Shown one piece after another: positions 15,615 to 16,016 of a stretch of DNA of 16,016 nucleotides; position 1 is the stretch's first letter, and each line of letters opens with the position of its first letter. The stretch comes from Polyangiales bacterium. GTDB lineage: Bacteria; Myxococcota_A; Polyangia; Polyangiales; Houyiibacteriaceae. A model generated the notes under the pieces. That model worked only from the letters and a program-made list of their open reading frames with translations. It searched no databases and was not told where the DNA came from. The translations under genes were made by a program, and so were the position numbers. The stretch is from NCBI GenBank assembly GCA_045106895.1, contig JBGCFM010000121.1:1-16016 (forward strand), read 5' to 3'.

Positions 15615-16016
15615 CTAGTGGTGAACAGCGCGTGGCAGTTCTTTGGCGTGCGCGACCCACTTTTCGACCTGGGACAGCGCGGGCAAAGCACGGGTGAGCT
15701 TCTTTGTCTCGTTCACCTCGGCCATCTTCTTTGTGAGGTTCTCAGCGTTGCGCGTCGCAAGCTCGACGACGGAATCCACTCCGGCGGCTTCCAGGAGTTC
15801 GGAGAACTCTTCGCCAACGCCATTGATACGGAAAAGGTCCGCCATGTTCACGAAAGTGAGGATCTTCTTTTCGGAGATTTCGGTGGTCTCCGCGAGAGAG
15901 ACACGGCCCTTCTTCGTGCCGCCAAGCTCGAGTAGCTTCTCGACGGTCGTGGCTCCAGCGTCGCGAAGCTTCGCGCCAAGTACGGGGCCGATACCTTCGA
16001 TCTCTTCGATTTTTTT
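15615..16016 (-). CDS. DUF4332 domain-containing protein (5' end outside window)
   Basis: The frame is open to the window edge: KKIEEIEGIGPVLGAKLRDAGATTVEKLL...MADLFRINGVGEEFSELLEAAGVDSVVELATRNAENL...VEKWVAHAKELP. It has two helix-hairpin-helix-like motifs. Confidence 0.9.
   Translation of the reverse strand, partial: KKIEEIEGIGPVLGAKLRDAGATTVEKLLELGGTKKGRVSLAETTEISEKKILTFVNMADLFRINGVGEEFSELLEAAGVDSVVELATRNAENLTKKMAEVNETKKLTRALPALSQVEKWVAHAKELPRAVHH

Overview
GC-rich bacterial chromosomal window. Its gene content (PEGA/TPR proteins, an HRDISPQN-type Ser/Thr kinase, an ECF sigma with a FecR partner) points to Myxococcota, probably Polyangia-like; this is an inference. In order it holds: a long transglycosylase-only (GT51) enzyme; a six-PEGA predicted outer-membrane beta-barrel protein; a three-gene module of small predicted beta-barrel, ECF sigma and FecR-TPR anti-sigma; a Pro/Arg-repeat lipoprotein with an IPT/TIG-like end; a PlsC-family acyltransferase; YqgE/AlgH; a membrane Ser/Thr kinase divergent from a TPR-PEGA and Cys-rich lipoprotein pair; an acyl-CoA thioesterase; a secreted TPR protein; tRNA-Phe(GAA) with its own promoter and terminator; and a 5'-truncated DUF4332 gene. 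No mobile element, CRISPR array or defence system was seen. The best leads are a FecR-type signalling module with no adjacent TonB-dependent receptor, the kinase/TPR-PEGA/lipoprotein module, and a recurring leaderless-promoter pattern that moves several start codons. All family calls come from motif recognition by eye; no searches were run.
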